A stretch of 59,652 nucleotides of DNA, filler included. It is 4 parts of 4 records of this genome, joined end to end, with 100 filler letters (N's around TTAATTAATTAA, not from the genome) between each part and the next. Parts side by side here need not be neighbours in the genome. Positions count along the whole stretch, not along the records: positions 21,315 to 36,913 come from SRR22947727_1942; positions 37,014 to 47,888 come from SRR22947727_1943; 2 more parts are not named here. One strand, written 5' to 3'. The first letter of the stretch is position 1. Every line of letters begins with the position of its first letter. A program made the position numbers and the translations under genes. The notes beneath the pieces were generated by a model that did no database searches, was not told where the DNA came from, and worked only from the letters and a program-made list of their open reading frames with translations. Below are positions 30,094-39,568 of this stretch, one piece after another.

Positions 30094-31122
30094 ATGATGG
30101 AATTCGGGATTGTGATGGAACCCAGCCCGGGCAATACCGCCGCGCTGGCTGAGAAGATAGAGGGGTTAGGGTTTGACATCCTCTTGAGCCCGGACACACA
30201 AAACCTGTCCCCGGATCCCATTGGGCAACTCAACCTCGCCGGAGCAAATACGAGCAGCCTAAGCGTCGGCACCGGGGTGACGAACCCCATCACGAGAGAC
30301 CCGGCGGTGCTCGCGAGCTCGTTGGCCTCACTCTCTGCCGAGACGGGTGGCCGGGCCCTGTGTGGTATCGGGCGCGGCGATTCCAGCCTGGCACACATTG
30401 GCAAAGGCAATGCCTCTACCGCACAACTGAGAACCTTTATTGAAAGACTCCGGGCTTATCTTAACGGTGAGCCGGTTGACCGGGACGGTCACTCCTCCCA
30501 ACTTCGCTGGCTTGATTCCTATGGCACCTATCCCGTCCCAATCGATATTGCCTGTACCGGCCCGAAAACGATCCAGATGGCGGTCGAAGTGGGTGACCGG
30601 ATCTCCTTTGCAGTGGGTAGCGCGCCCGAGCGGCTCCAGTGGGCGATCGATACGGCAGAAACGCATTTGGCAAAGATCAATCGGCCGCGCCACTCCATTC
30701 AATTGGGCGCCTATATCAATTTGGTCTGTGATGAAAATGAGCAGACCGCCCTCTCACTGGGCAAACTGATCGCGGGCATGGTGGCGCACTTTGCGGGGCT
30801 CAAGCATGCGCCCACCGAGCACCTGCCACCCCGGCTCCGTGCTATCGCCGAACACCTGCAATCACAATATGACATGGCGCGACATGCTCAGGAAGAAGGG
30901 TCACATCTCGCGTTAATTGATGAGGATTTTGTCGACTGGTTTTCAATATGCGGCCCGCCGCAAAAATGTATCGAGCGGTTGGAGCCCCTGATCAATATGG
31001 GCCTTGAGCATATTTACCAGCTGGGCGGCACCCCGGTCGCCCATCCCCATGGCGCGCGACAGATCGCCATGGTAGAGCAAGCTCAATTGTTTGCGACCGA
31101 TGTGATGCCCCACTTCCGCTAA
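30094..31122 (+). CDS. LLM-class (luciferase-like/Mer-like) flavin-dependent oxidoreductase
   Basis: GTGVTNPITRDP, GGRALCGIGRGDS and IDIACTGPKT. A TTGACG...TATAAG promoter-like element lies at 30025-30052. Confidence 0.88.
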   Translation: MMEFGIVMEPSPGNTAALAEKIEGLGFDILLSPDTQNLSPDPIGQLNLAGANTSSLSVGTGVTNPITRDPAVLASSLASLSAETGGRALCGIGRGDSSLAHIGKGNASTAQLRTFIERLRAYLNGEPVDRDGHSSQLRWLDSYGTYPVPIDIACTGPKTIQMAVEVGDRISFAVGSAPERLQWAIDTAETHLAKINRPRHSIQLGAYINLVCDENEQTALSLGKLIAGMVAHFAGLKHAPTEHLPPRLRAIAEHLQSQYDMARHAQEEGSHLALIDEDFVDWFSICGPPQKCIERLEPLINMGLEHIYQLGGTPVAHPHGARQIAMVEQAQLFATDVMPHFR

Positions 31123-31174
31123 TGAAACTCAGACTCCGTACCCGCATCAGTATGGCGCTTAGAAGTCGATCACC

Positions 31175-32491
31175 GTGACTGAGCAGGCACAAAGGCGGGG
31201 CAGTGTCCTCTATCGCTGGTACGTGGTCGGCGTGCTGACTTTCGCCTACCTCGTATCGTTTCTAGATCGTCAGATCCTCGCACTGATGGTTGAACCGATT
31301 CAGCAGGATCTACTGCTGACCGACACACAGATGAGCCTGCTCATGGGGTTGGCGTTTTCAATTTTTTACGTGTTTATGGCGGTGCCACTGGGACGACTAG
31401 CCGACCACACTGTGCGCCGCAACATTATCGTGGGCGGTGTCACATTGTGGAGCATCATGACAGCAGGGTGTGGGCTTGCGGGCAGCTATTGGCACCTGTT
31501 TCTGGCAAGAATGGGAGTGGGGGTCGGTGAAGCGAGTCTGACGCCCAGTGCCACCTCAATGATTGCCGACTATTTTCCCCCGGGTGCGCGAGGAAAAGCG
31601 TTGGCGACCTATAACGCCGGGGTGTCACTGGGAACCGGTTTTGCGATGGTGTTCGGCGGTATGGTCATCACCTACGTGAGCACCAGCGAGCGACATATCC
31701 TGCCAATGATCGGCAGTGTTGCAGCGTGGCAATACGTTTTTTTTCTGGTCGCCCTTCCGGGTCTCGCTGTGATCTTACTGATGCTGACGGTGCGAGAACC
31801 TCGGCGACAGGAGACCAGCACCACGACTCAGGATTTGTCTTTTTCCGGGGTGCTGGCCTACCTGCTCGATAGAAAGCAGGTCTACGTGCCGCTGTTTCTG
31901 GGTATGTCGGTCAATACCATTGTCGGCTACGCCCTCTTTTCGTGGATTCCGACCAGCTTTGCCCGGGTGCATGGCTGGAGTATGGGCGAAATTGGTTTAG
32001 GGTATGGCGTGATCATTCTGTTCACCGGTCCACTGGGGGTGTTTGTCGCGGGGAGCCTCATCGACAAGCTCCATCAGGCCGGGCAACACAACGCGGAGAT
32101 TAAAGTCGCCTTAATCAGCATCGCTATTTGCCTCCCGGGCGTCCTCTATCTCCCTCTCGCAGAGACTGGTCAAGCGGCACTGATGGGCATGATTCCGGCA
32201 AGTCTGGGACCCGCAATGACCACCGCGGCCGGATCGATCGCGGTGATTAACGCGACGCCCAATCAAATACGCGGTCAGGTGATGGCGCTCTATCTGCTCA
32301 CGATTTCCTTACTGGGTCTCTCATTGGGGCCCACGGCTGTCGCGCTCCTGACGGACTATGTCTTCCAAGCCCCCGAAATGATTGACTGGTCGATTAGTTG
32401 CGTCGTGATCGCCTCATCGATTTTCTCGGCGATCATGTTGTGGCGATGCCTGACGCCCTTCAGCCAACATGTCATGGAGATAATAAGCTGA
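31175..32491 (+). CDS. MFS transporter (spinster-like)
   Basis: SFLDRQIL, LGRLAD..VRR, ARMGVGVGEA and about 12 TM segments. Confidence 0.9.
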   Translation: MTEQAQRRGSVLYRWYVVGVLTFAYLVSFLDRQILALMVEPIQQDLLLTDTQMSLLMGLAFSIFYVFMAVPLGRLADHTVRRNIIVGGVTLWSIMTAGCGLAGSYWHLFLARMGVGVGEASLTPSATSMIADYFPPGARGKALATYNAGVSLGTGFAMVFGGMVITYVSTSERHILPMIGSVAAWQYVFFLVALPGLAVILLMLTVREPRRQETSTTTQDLSFSGVLAYLLDRKQVYVPLFLGMSVNTIVGYALFSWIPTSFARVHGWSMGEIGLGYGVIILFTGPLGVFVAGSLIDKLHQAGQHNAEIKVALISIAICLPGVLYLPLAETGQAALMGMIPASLGPAMTTAAGSIAVINATPNQIRGQVMALYLLTISLLGLSLGPTAVALLTDYVFQAPEMIDWSISCVVIASSIFSAIMLWRCLTPFSQHVMEIIS

Positions 32492-32603
32492 AGCGCGCTA
32501 TGGAGGCGGTCACGAGACTGGGTGATCGCGCCTATTTCAATTTAAAAGCGCTTACACCTCTGACTGTTTTTGCCATGGTTATTATCGAACTGCGAGCCAA
32601 GCC

Positions 32604-33341
32604 ATGATCAAGCCTCAACACCCTGCAATCCGCGAACACCTGACTCGGCGTGGCACCGTTACTTACTATATCGACAACGATGAGTTTGCGGCGGGTATTT
32701 GGGGCCGAGAGCACTTTACACTGACAAGACATCGCAACGGTGATCGCGTTTTGCGCGCTTACTGCGAATTAGATGACGAGCCGGCACTCATTCGCGACGT
32801 CATACAGCGTGTCGATGCGGCCTTCCATCCGCAAGATTGTCTCGTGAGGCTAACAGAGGGCGGCGTCTTTAAAGGCAGCACGTGGTATCACATCACCGAC
32901 GATGAGATGACCTATGAAGGGTTGACCAGCGAGCAAGGCCGAATATCGGGCCAAGCCACTATCGACCGGACGATTCGCGGTTTTGGCACTCATGCTCTCA
33001 ATTCTGACGCGTGGCTCGTGGCACGATTCGACCGGTCCTTAGGGCCACGGCAGCATACTTTTCGCAATAACCCACTGACATCGCTCGACCATCGAGGTGC
33101 GACAGGGCCGTCACTGGTTTGCTCCGAGGCCACGACCATCGAATACTTCGGGGAAGAGGCCGTCACAGTGCCTGCCGGTACTTTTCAGTGTTACCACTTT
33201 GCCTATGTGGTGATCGCTAGCCATCATCCGGTATACCACCTCTGGGTGACGACAGATGGCGATTTCATCTTCATCAAAGGCACGGTGGCCGCGCCCTATC
33301 ACTGGACGTTTGAGCTCACCGCCTTGAACGATGAATCATAG
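32604..33341 (+). CDS. Hypothetical beta-rich protein (DUF3108-like C-terminus)
   Basis: 245-aa ORF with GEEAVTVPAGTFQCYH, a motif seen in DUF3108-like proteins. Confidence 0.6.
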   Translation: MIKPQHPAIREHLTRRGTVTYYIDNDEFAAGIWGREHFTLTRHRNGDRVLRAYCELDDEPALIRDVIQRVDAAFHPQDCLVRLTEGGVFKGSTWYHITDDEMTYEGLTSEQGRISGQATIDRTIRGFGTHALNSDAWLVARFDRSLGPRQHTFRNNPLTSLDHRGATGPSLVCSEATTIEYFGEEAVTVPAGTFQCYHFAYVVIASHHPVYHLWVTTDGDFIFIKGTVAAPYHWTFELTALNDES

Positions 33342-33368
33342 CAAGCACTGCTGAGGTGCCAGTAGCGC

Positions 33369-34604
33369 TCAGGTATGCAGCAAAACAGGCAGCGACGAGT
33401 AGCCCCGCACAAAATTAGAGAGCACTCGCTCCGGCTCACCAACCACCTCGACATGGGAAAAACGCTGTAGGATTTCTTCCCACAGAATACGCAACTGCAT
33501 CTCACCCAGACGGTTCCCCATGCAACGATGAATGCCAAAACCAAAGGATAGGTGGTAGCGCGGGTTGGGGCGATCAATGATGAACTGATCGGGCCGATCT
33601 ATGGCGGTGTCATCATGATTACCCGAGAGGTACCACATCACCACCTTCTCACCTTTGCGGATCATTTTACCTCCGAGCTCAACATCTCGTGTAGCGACAC
33701 GGCGCATGTGCATGAGCGGGGTTTGCCAGCGAATGACTTCTGAAACCATGCTTGGAATCAGCTCGGGGTTGGCTTTGAGTTTTGCGTACTCATCGGGGTT
33801 TTGATTCAGCGCCAATACACCGCCAGTGATGGAGTTGCGGGTCGTGTCATTGCCGCCAACGATGAGGAGTACTAGGTTGCCAAGATACTCCAGAGGGTCT
33901 TCAATCATATTGCGGGTGTTAGGGTTAGTAGCGAGAAGGCTGATCAGGTCCATAGTATCGGGCGAATTATGCTTTCGTTGGTGCCAGAGTGCGGAGAAGT
34001 AAGCCAAGCAGTCCTGTAACGCGGCAGTGCGCTCGTCGACATCACCATCACTTCCCGCGATTTCGGGTAGCGAGGTCGCCATGTCCGACCAGTACGGTAG
34101 CTTGTGGCGATCCTCAAAGGGAAAGTCAAAAATAGTTGCCAGCATTTGAGTGGTGAGATTGATGGAGACTTTCTCGACCCAGTTAAAGGTCTCACCGACG
34201 GGCAGTTCGTCGAGTATGCTGCCCACGCGCTGTCTGATCAGATTCTCCAGATCGCTGAGATTTTTTGGGGCCACGACCCCTTGCACGGCGGCACGCTGTA
34301 CGTCGTGGAGGGGCGGATCCATGGCAATGAATTGTGTTACCGGTAGATCATCGCCGTAATCACCGATGGTGATGGCTGGCTCAGAGGAAAACGCCTCATG
34401 ATTGCCATCCACGGCAGTGATATCTTGAAAGCGAGTGACCGACCAGAACCCACCGAAAGCGTCGTTTTCACTCCAATGCACCGGGTCCTCGGCGCGAAGC
34501 CGCGCAAAATAGGGCCGCCATGTGTCTTGTTGATATAGCGTTGCATCGCTCACGTCGATCGCTGCTAGCGGCATATTGCCGATGTCTTGTGCGGGTGCCT
34601 TCAT
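33369..34604 (-). CDS. Cytochrome P450, CYP153 family
   Basis: FIAMDPP.HD.QR, LLIVGGNDTTRNS, EVIRWQTP and HLSFGFGIHRCMG. GGAGG RBS. Confidence 0.92.
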   Translation of the reverse strand: MKAPAQDIGNMPLAAIDVSDATLYQQDTWRPYFARLRAEDPVHWSENDAFGGFWSVTRFQDITAVDGNHEAFSSEPAITIGDYGDDLPVTQFIAMDPPLHDVQRAAVQGVVAPKNLSDLENLIRQRVGSILDELPVGETFNWVEKVSINLTTQMLATIFDFPFEDRHKLPYWSDMATSLPEIAGSDGDVDERTAALQDCLAYFSALWHQRKHNSPDTMDLISLLATNPNTRNMIEDPLEYLGNLVLLIVGGNDTTRNSITGGVLALNQNPDEYAKLKANPELIPSMVSEVIRWQTPLMHMRRVATRDVELGGKMIRKGEKVVMWYLSGNHDDTAIDRPDQFIIDRPNPRYHLSFGFGIHRCMGNRLGEMQLRILWEEILQRFSHVEVVGEPERVLSNFVRGYSSLPVLLHT

Positions 34605-34982
34605 GGCGGCCCTCCCAGGTTACGTGACGGCTTTGTCCCAGTGGTGTGGTAACTGTATCGTCTTGTATAGCCCGTTTATATGAGTTTTATGGGCTCATTC
34701 GAAAAGGGTAACAGTCAATGGGTAGGCGGTGGCGCGTCGCTTTGCACCCTAGACAACCGATCTGTTTCCACCGTCTCTTCCGGTAATCAAGCAGGGTGTC
34801 TTCAGCCCACTTGAAACTACTTTACGCTGAGCACACCGTTTTGCCGCAAAGCGTGCCGCTGCGATCTCGTGATGCGGCTGCGTCGACCCTTACCACGCAA
34901 AAGGGGCGGTGCGCCGCAGCTTGGAGGGAGAAGGGCATTGGCGGTACTATTCTGGGGGTTAGTATTGTTGTCGAGTGCGCCG

Positions 34983-35498
34983 ATGCCGCTTGTCTATCAG
35001 GATCAAAACTGTCAGGTAACCCTCAGGGAGGGGGTCGAGGCGTACCATGCCTATCTTCGTGCCCTGAATCGTAAGGTAATGATAGACGCGCCGGGTTCAC
35101 GGTTGTTATATGAGCACGATGCCACGCATGTCATCTTTGGTCTTAATACAACGCTTGAGCAAGAGGCCGCACTGGATACCTGGGTGTTCTTGGGCTGTCG
35201 CTTTAACTGGCGCTATATAAAAGAGTACGGCCGGCTGCCGGAACTTAAAGCCTTATATGCAGCGTTAGTTAAAGAGTGTGGGTGGAGGCTCTTTCCCCGA
35301 ATCTATTGGCAAACCTTTGGGATGAAATGGCGCGTATTGCGGCGCACTCGGCGCATGACAGAAAAGTGGCCTTTCCAATTTCCTGAGTCTTGGTTAGACG
35401 AACCGATTGCTGATTTGCGGGCACGTCATGGCATCGAAATATTGTCCGAGCAAGAACGCTACATCGAGCACCCTATTGTATGGAGCGGAGAGTATTAG
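34983..35498 (+). CDS. Coq4-like HDxxH domain protein
   Basis: LYEHDATHVIFGLNTTLEQE and a C-terminal WLDEPIADLRARHGI. Start reset to MPLVYQ. Confidence 0.65.
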   Translation: MPLVYQDQNCQVTLREGVEAYHAYLRALNRKVMIDAPGSRLLYEHDATHVIFGLNTTLEQEAALDTWVFLGCRFNWRYIKEYGRLPELKALYAALVKECGWRLFPRIYWQTFGMKWRVLRRTRRMTEKWPFQFPESWLDEPIADLRARHGIEILSEQERYIEHPIVWSGEY

Positions 35499-35801
35499 TG
35501 GTGGGCTGCCCTATTGATCTAGGCGTGTTTCCTCCGCGGAGGGCAAGTTCGCTCCTGAGGAGACTGTGAAACAGGCGCCATCAACGGAGGCAGATTTCTG
35601 CTGATGCGGTTCTCGACCATCAGCCAAAACCCTTTGCGTTGGCCGCTGCGGCGTAGCGAGATGAGCTCGCGTATCACGCCTGCCGATGCACTCAGTAGAT
35701 CGTCGTGCTGGGCTGTCCCTCAATGGGGTCTCGGTGAGAAACAAGCACCGTTCGCTTTGGGAAAAACAGGTCGGTGCTCACCATTCAAGGGTGAGTTGCT
35801 G

Positions 35802-35876
35802 CTAGATGGCCATTGTCACGATCATGATCAGCACAGTTGCCGCAGTCACGATCGAGTAAGTATCTGTTGTTGTCAT
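35802..35876 (-). CDS. Putative 24-aa hydrophobic small protein
   Basis: AAGGAG RBS about 7 nt before the ATG, MTTTDTYSIVTAATVLIMIVTMAI, followed by hairpins. Confidence 0.45.
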   Translation of the reverse strand: MTTTDTYSIVTAATVLIMIVTMAI

Positions 35877-36116
35877 AATAGGCTCCTTCATAGTAATGAC
35901 GTTTAGTTCAGCGTATTTACTCCCGATCGCGCTGTGTTTTCTCAAAAAGAACCATCGTGCAGTGGGCGTCGTTGGGTCGATGCCGGCTAACCAGAGTGGC
36001 CACACTGTGATGATTGGATTTGACCGAGCCGCGTGTGTGCCTCTGCCGCGATTTGCCGGCGCCCGCTCTTTGGTGTTTGATGGCGCAACTAAATGGTCTG
36101 CCATGGGAGAGTTTTA

Positions 36117-36869
36117 ATGCGCTTAAGCAACGTAAGGTGTGTGGTGACGGGCGGCGCGAGTGGCATTGGCGCCGCGACGGTGCGCCGTTTTGTCCAAGAG
36201 GGTGCTGAGGTCTGTATTCTCGACTATGACCTGCCGGCTGCCGAGGCCTTAGCACAGGAGCTGGGGGAGTCGGTCTTTGCGCTTGAACTTGATGTGCGTC
36301 TTGAGCCTGCGGTGCAGGCCGCGGCCGAGGCAGTGTATGCCCGATGGGAGCACGTAGATGTATTGGTCAACAACGCGGGCTCCGAACTCAATAAAACCTA
36401 CAACGAGACCACTCTGGATGAATGGGAGAGGGTGATTGACACCGATCTCAAAGGCCCCTGGTTATTGTGTAAGTATTTTGTGCCGCCAATGGTGGAGCGC
36501 GGACAGGGTAGCGTGATTAACATTGCTTCCCTCAACGGACTGGTCGGCTTTCCGCTATCAACGGCTTATGGCAGTGCAAAAGGGGGATTGGTGGTCTTTA
36601 CCCGGGATATGGCGATTGAGCTGGCGACCACGGGGGTCCGTATTAACTGTGTCTGCCCGGGCGTCATAGAAACGCCGATGATGGAGCGCTGGACCGATCT
36701 GATGCCCGATAAGCAAGAGGCTCAGTCAATGCTTCGCGGCGTGATGCCGATTGGTCGTATGGGTACGGCAGAGGAAGTGGCGGGCGCCATATTATTCTTT
36801 GCGTCTACCGATTCTAGTCTGTGCCAGGGCGCAGTACTCAGCGTCGATGGTGGCTTCACTGCGCAATAG
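36117..36869 (+). CDS. Short-chain dehydrogenase/reductase
   Basis: TGGASGIG, NNAG, YGSAK (YxxxK) and PGVIETPM. GGAGA RBS before ATG 36117. Confidence 0.92.
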   Translation: MRLSNVRCVVTGGASGIGAATVRRFVQEGAEVCILDYDLPAAEALAQELGESVFALELDVRLEPAVQAAAEAVYARWEHVDVLVNNAGSELNKTYNETTLDEWERVIDTDLKGPWLLCKYFVPPMVERGQGSVINIASLNGLVGFPLSTAYGSAKGGLVVFTRDMAIELATTGVRINCVCPGVIETPMMERWTDLMPDKQEAQSMLRGVMPIGRMGTAEEVAGAILFFASTDSSLCQGAVLSVDGGFTAQ

Positions 36870-36877
36870 CTTCCACC

Positions 36878-36913
36878 GAATCATAGTCCCCATTGAATCT
36901 AGTCCCCATTGAA
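36878..36913. repeat. Short tandem duplication at the contig end
   Basis: TAGTCCCCATTGAA at 36884-36897 and again at 36900-36913. Confidence 0.6.
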
Positions 36914-37013
36914 NNNNNNNNNNNNNNNNNNNNNNNNNNNNNNNNNNNNNNNNNNNNTTAATTAATTAANNNNNNNNNNNNNNNNNNNNNNNNNNNNNNN
37001 NNNNNNNNNNNNN
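36914..37013. other. Artificial contig linker
   Basis: 44 N + TTAATTAATTAA + 44 N. Confidence 0.99.
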
Positions 37014-37099
37014 GGACGTCCTTTCCAAAGCTCCGAACGGTCGATCAGTACCAGCCCACGCTGGCCCGGCGTCGTCGGTTTATACGACTTGAGTGCCAT
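37014..37099 (-). CDS. rplB: 50S ribosomal protein L2, 5' fragment
   Basis: [28 protein letters not shown] is the alphaproteobacterial L2 N-terminus. Confidence 0.93.
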
Positions 37100-37225
37100 G
37101 CTTTCTGTCTTCCGTTTGCTTCGCGCAGCCCTTGTGGGCCGCTGGTGTTTAGGCCCCCGTAGGTGCCCGATGAATTTGGGTTCCCCCAAACGACACCACC
37201 CCAGACGAATCTGGGGTGAATGACG
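37100..37225 (-). ncRNA. Structured 5' leader of rplB (candidate ribosomal protein leader)
   Basis: Four successive hairpins on the minus strand: CACCCCAGA-UUCG-UCUGGGGUG, UUUGGG-GGAA-CCCAAA, GGCACC-UACG-GGGGCC and GCGGCCC-ACAA-GGGCUGC. Confidence 0.6.
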
Positions 37226-37324
37226 ATGAGGGCTGATAGCAGGGGGCGGGGAGGGAGGCAAGAGGGCCAGGCGAAGGTTTTAGGAGACTTTTGTACCGTG
37301 CCGGTCGGACAAAATGGCGGGTCT

Positions 37325-38095
37325 TTAAAAGAGGGCCCCCCGTGCCAGAGGGCTGTCCATGAGGCCGTCCCAGATCAGTTTGATCGATATGATCATCAAG
37401 GCCCAGGTGACGAATTTGAAAAACAGCGCTTCGGGAATTTTTTTAACCCAGAAAACCCCGAGATAGACGGCAAGCGCGGCAGGCAGCATCAAAAAGAGCG
37501 AGACAAAGGAGCTTTGCATATTGACTTGCCCAAGCCAAATATAGGGGATCAGCTTGATGGCATTACAATAGGAAAAAGCAATGACCGAAGTGCCAACGAA
37601 AACTGACTTTTGCAACTTCAATGGCAGGGTGAAAATTTGCCAAGGTGGGCCGCCGTTGTGACTGATGAAGCTGGTGAAGCCGGCGATGGTCGTCCAGAAT
37701 AACCCGCGGCCCGTATGGATTGGCTTTTTTGCGGGATCGCCTCGTTGTGTGAGCATCCGCAGGGCAAAAAGCCCGCCCATCAGGCCAATCAACACTGTAA
37801 TCAGCCATTCTATGATCAAATGTGCCGTAACACTGCCAATCGCCACCCCCAGCGTCATTCCTATTGCCGCAATCTTTAACACCTGGCGGTTAAAGTCTCG
37901 GCGATAGGCGATAAGCGCAAAGGCATCGGAGACAATATACGCCGGCAAAAGCAAGCCTGCGGCGGCAATGGGAGACATGTAAAGCGACAGGCTCGGCACG
38001 GCCAAGGCTGCGACCACTGGAAGCCCTCCCTTGCCAAGCCCAACAGCAATGGCTGCCAGGGTTGCGAAAAACCAAAAACCAAAGCTGTAGTCCAT
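37325..38095 (-). CDS. Sulfite exporter TauE/SafE (TSUP) family membrane protein
   Basis: VGLGKGG, AGFTSFISHNGGPP and NAIKLIPY, with about 8 TM segments. Confidence 0.88.
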   Translation of the reverse strand: MDYSFGFWFFATLAAIAVGLGKGGLPVVAALAVPSLSLYMSPIAAAGLLLPAYIVSDAFALIAYRRDFNRQVLKIAAIGMTLGVAIGSVTAHLIIEWLITVLIGLMGGLFALRMLTQRGDPAKKPIHTGRGLFWTTIAGFTSFISHNGGPPWQIFTLPLKLQKSVFVGTSVIAFSYCNAIKLIPYIWLGQVNMQSSFVSLFLMLPAALAVYLGVFWVKKIPEALFFKFVTWALMIISIKLIWDGLMDSPLARGALF

Positions 38096-38150
38096 AAATG
38101 TTCTTCACTTTACATGAGTGGCAGGCGCCTCGGCCCCTGCGCATTGGCGC

Positions 38151-38942
38151 CTATACGACCGGGCAGAGCCCGCCATCAAGATTAACGGCCGTGCCGGTGA
38201 TGTAAGAGGCCCTTTGCGAACTCAAAAAGGCCACGAGGTCGGCATATTCTTCAGCCTCACCCATCCGGCCCATTGGTATTTTTTGGGAGAAATTTTCGTA
38301 AATTGAACTGGGATCACCATTTTCAGCTCGGCGGATCCATTGCATTGATTTCAAGTAGCCAATGCAAATGGCATTGACGCGGATATTGCTGGCAGCAAAT
38401 TCCTGCGCCAAAGATTTCGTTAAATTCAACCCAGCCGCGCGCATGACGCTTGTGGGCAGCGCGCCTGCATTTGGCGCTTTGCCGCCGCCTATGCTGGCAT
38501 TGACAATGGCCCCGCCACCGCGCGCTTTCATTATCGGAATAGCAAGCCGCGATAAGCGCACGGCCGCCATGACCTTGAGATTGAAATCTGACAGCCACAG
38601 GTCATCCTCCACCAAAGCCAAACCCATAGCGGCGGATGCGCCGGCGTTGTTGATTAAAATATCAATGCCGCCGTGACGGTGCTCAATTTCGGCGATCAAC
38701 GCGTCACAATCCTCTGCATTTGTGACATCGGCACGAAGGCCCACAACCCGGCCACCGTTGTTGCCCGAGGCTTGCACCGCGGCTGTCATATCCTGTGCGG
38801 CCTGTTGCGCATGTGCGGCCCGCCGGCCGCAAATGACAACCAAAGCCCCTTCCGCCGCCAGCCGGTGCGCCGCAGCGCGGCCCAAGCCATCACTGCCGCC
38901 GGTTACGAGGGCTACTTTCCCGCTTAATTCCAAATCGAACAC
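38151..38942 (-). CDS. SDR family oxidoreductase
   Basis: TGGSDGLG, NNAG and SQRASYITG. GTG start with AGGAG RBS. The catalytic YxxxK position reads TSVMR, so it is an atypical SDR. Confidence 0.85.
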   Translation of the reverse strand: MFDLELSGKVALVTGGSDGLGRAAAHRLAAEGALVVICGRRAAHAQQAAQDMTAAVQASGNNGGRVVGLRADVTNAEDCDALIAEIEHRHGGIDILINNAGASAAMGLALVEDDLWLSDFNLKVMAAVRLSRLAIPIMKARGGGAIVNASIGGGKAPNAGALPTSVMRAAGLNLTKSLAQEFAASNIRVNAICIGYLKSMQWIRRAENGDPSSIYENFSQKIPMGRMGEAEEYADLVAFLSSQRASYITGTAVNLDGGLCPVV

Positions 38943-39174
38943 AGCTCTCTCCTGTTCTTGCGCGCAGACATCTGTCTTATCGCCTTGACCAAAAGGCTGA
39001 CCCAATTGCTGCGGTAACGCAAGCTGCGTCGCTGTGGAATGTTTGGTCGGGCATGAGTGAGGAGCAAAGCTATACCCACGCAGCCAAAGGATGTACCGGG
39101 CGCGGTGGCGCTTGACTTGGGGCAGGAAGGCCGGCGATACAGGGCGCAGTGCGTAAATAGTTTTGGAGTTTGAG

Positions 39175-39384
39175 ATGAAAAAAGTGATGATTTTTGTCGT
39201 TTTGGCAACCGCTTTGACCGGCTGCTTGCAATCCCAGCCTGAGCCGGCGTCTGTACCTGAGCCGGCCGCAGAGCCTGAGAAGGTGGATCTTCAAAAGTTA
39301 GTGGACCAATTTGACATTTCCGCGATGTTCGATTGGCTCAACGGCTATCGCGCTGCCAATAAAGACAGTGAAGCTGGCGAGTAA
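39175..39384 (+). CDS. Small lipoprotein
   Basis: MKKVMIFVVLATA-LTGC lipobox, GGAG RBS and a Pro/Glu-rich linker. Confidence 0.7.
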   Translation: MKKVMIFVVLATALTGCLQSQPEPASVPEPAAEPEKVDLQKLVDQFDISAMFDWLNGYRAANKDSEAGE

Positions 39385-39453
39385 AAGCGCCAAACACCCG
39401 TGAAATCACAATCTCTCCCGAGCGACCGTGTGACCTGCATTTGCGCCGTGAAG

Positions 39454-39473
39454 CGTCAATATGTTGTGGATAA
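39454..39473. promoter_or_regulatory. Overlapping NrdR-like box and perfect DnaA box upstream of smc
   Basis: cgtCAATATGTTGTGg (39454-39469) resembles acaCwAtATaTwGtg. TGTGGATAA (39465-39473) is the reverse complement of TTATCCACA. Confidence 0.5.
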
Positions 39474-39568
39474 CTCCTTCGAACCCACAGGATAAGGGTC
39501 GGCGGCGTTGACTCCGCCCCTATCGCTTCGGCACACTCAAGCCAGAAGAATCACGAGGGCATGTTTCG

